This document shows positions 48,836 through 49,604 of a stretch of 49,604 bases of DNA, piece by piece. The translations under genes were made by a program, and so were the position numbers. The DNA comes from Octopus bimaculoides (Eukaryota), in NCBI RefSeq assembly GCF_001194135.2, contig NC_068996.1, forward strand, positions 36,677,006 through 36,726,609, given 5' to 3'. The notes under the pieces were generated by a model, which was given only the letters and a program-made list of their open reading frames with translations, was not told the origin of the DNA and did no database searches. Numbering within the stretch: the first letter of the stretch is position 1; the number at the start of each line of letters is the position of its first letter.

Positions 48836-49100
48836 GCTAGGAAGAACTTAGCATGAATAAGTCAGCAGTTGACTGGTTGCACGGTCAGGTGGCGAGCAAG
48901 CATGTGTAAAGTAGTGGGAAGGAGGGCAAAATTAACAATGAAGTATCGGTCACAACAGCAAGGGTAAGAGAAATAGCGTGTGTTTAAAGTCACAAGCATG
49001 TGTGTATATGATTACACACACTCACACATACACACGCATATATAATGTCGACTTTAAACCGGGCGAATTAGAGCATTAATACTATTAATAATAGATTTAT
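45970..49100 (-). promoter_or_regulatory. CpG-retaining, TE-free region; candidate internal (alternative) promoter and 5' UTR
   Basis: By eye about 35 CpG in 46000-46800 versus about 4 in 7000-7800. Contains (GGC)n, (GA)n and (TAG/CAG)n tracts and no SINE or MITE copies for more than 3 kb. Minus-strand donors at 48263 (CAG|GTGAAT) and 46283 (CGA|GTGAGT). Confidence 0.45.
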
Positions 49101-49327
49101 TTGCCACAGGGGTTACGTATTGGTAGCAATTTCAATACAACAAACAGATAATAGCCAACAGTACTCCTCCTCACCAATAAGGCACCAGGAAGATAATAAT
49201 AATAATAAAAATGAGATGACACAATCGAAATAGTACAAATGTTGACTTGTTGACAGCTAAATACATTCTGACTTCGGCTTCACACTACATGTGAGTGTAA
49301 TATATATATATACACACACACACACAG

Positions 49328-49378
<51 letters not shown>

Positions 49379-49604
49379 TATATAAAGAAAGCTAACTTTC
49401 TGCTTTCCTGCTCTATACCCTACCACATAATAACCGTAACAGGTATCTTTTTTTTCTACAACTGTCTGTGCTATATTACATTTAACCTACATAGACGTGA
49501 CATTCAAAATAACGCTGACTTTTTCTTTCTTATTCTGAGAGAGACCGAGAGAGAGAGACCACGGGAGAGAGAGACCACGAGAGAGAGAGAGAGAGAGAGA
49601 GACC

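Overview
AT-rich, microsatellite- and SINE-dense eukaryotic DNA. The repeat families look like those of Octopus; the species is inferred from repeat content only. The whole window appears to lie inside one minus-strand gene, an oxysterol-binding protein of the OSBP/OSBP2 (ORP4) subfamily. I traced nine coding exons with GT-AG boundaries and a continuous frame (41190-41382, 25205-25298, 23185-23329, 21671-21868, 21278-21523, 19916-20033, 17898-18097, 15174-15340, 14220-14440; 1582 nt). They encode the coiled coil, the FFAT motif (EFFEAVE) and most of the lipid-binding ORD, including EQVSHHPP. A probable 18-nt microexon lies at 10840-10857. I did not find the PH-domain exons or the last exon, so both ends of the gene are probably outside the window. 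Introns contain SINEs (often in tandem chains), RTE and R4/Dong-type LINE fragments, MITEs of several DNA-transposon types, and long hairpins. Most interesting observations: (1) a minimal hammerhead ribozyme motif in a Penelope-type inverted repeat, in the same sense as the OSBP pre-mRNA, plus a second unrelated hammerhead core; (2) an AG|GTAAGT recursive-splice-like junction at the start of the VSHHPP exon; (3) one strong and one weaker candidate microexon; (4) a CpG-retaining, TE-free intronic region with splice donors, possibly an internal promoter for a PH-less isoform; (5) a gapless 100-bp hairpin whose mismatches favour G-U pairs on the transcribed strand. All coordinates and counts were made by hand; no searches were run.
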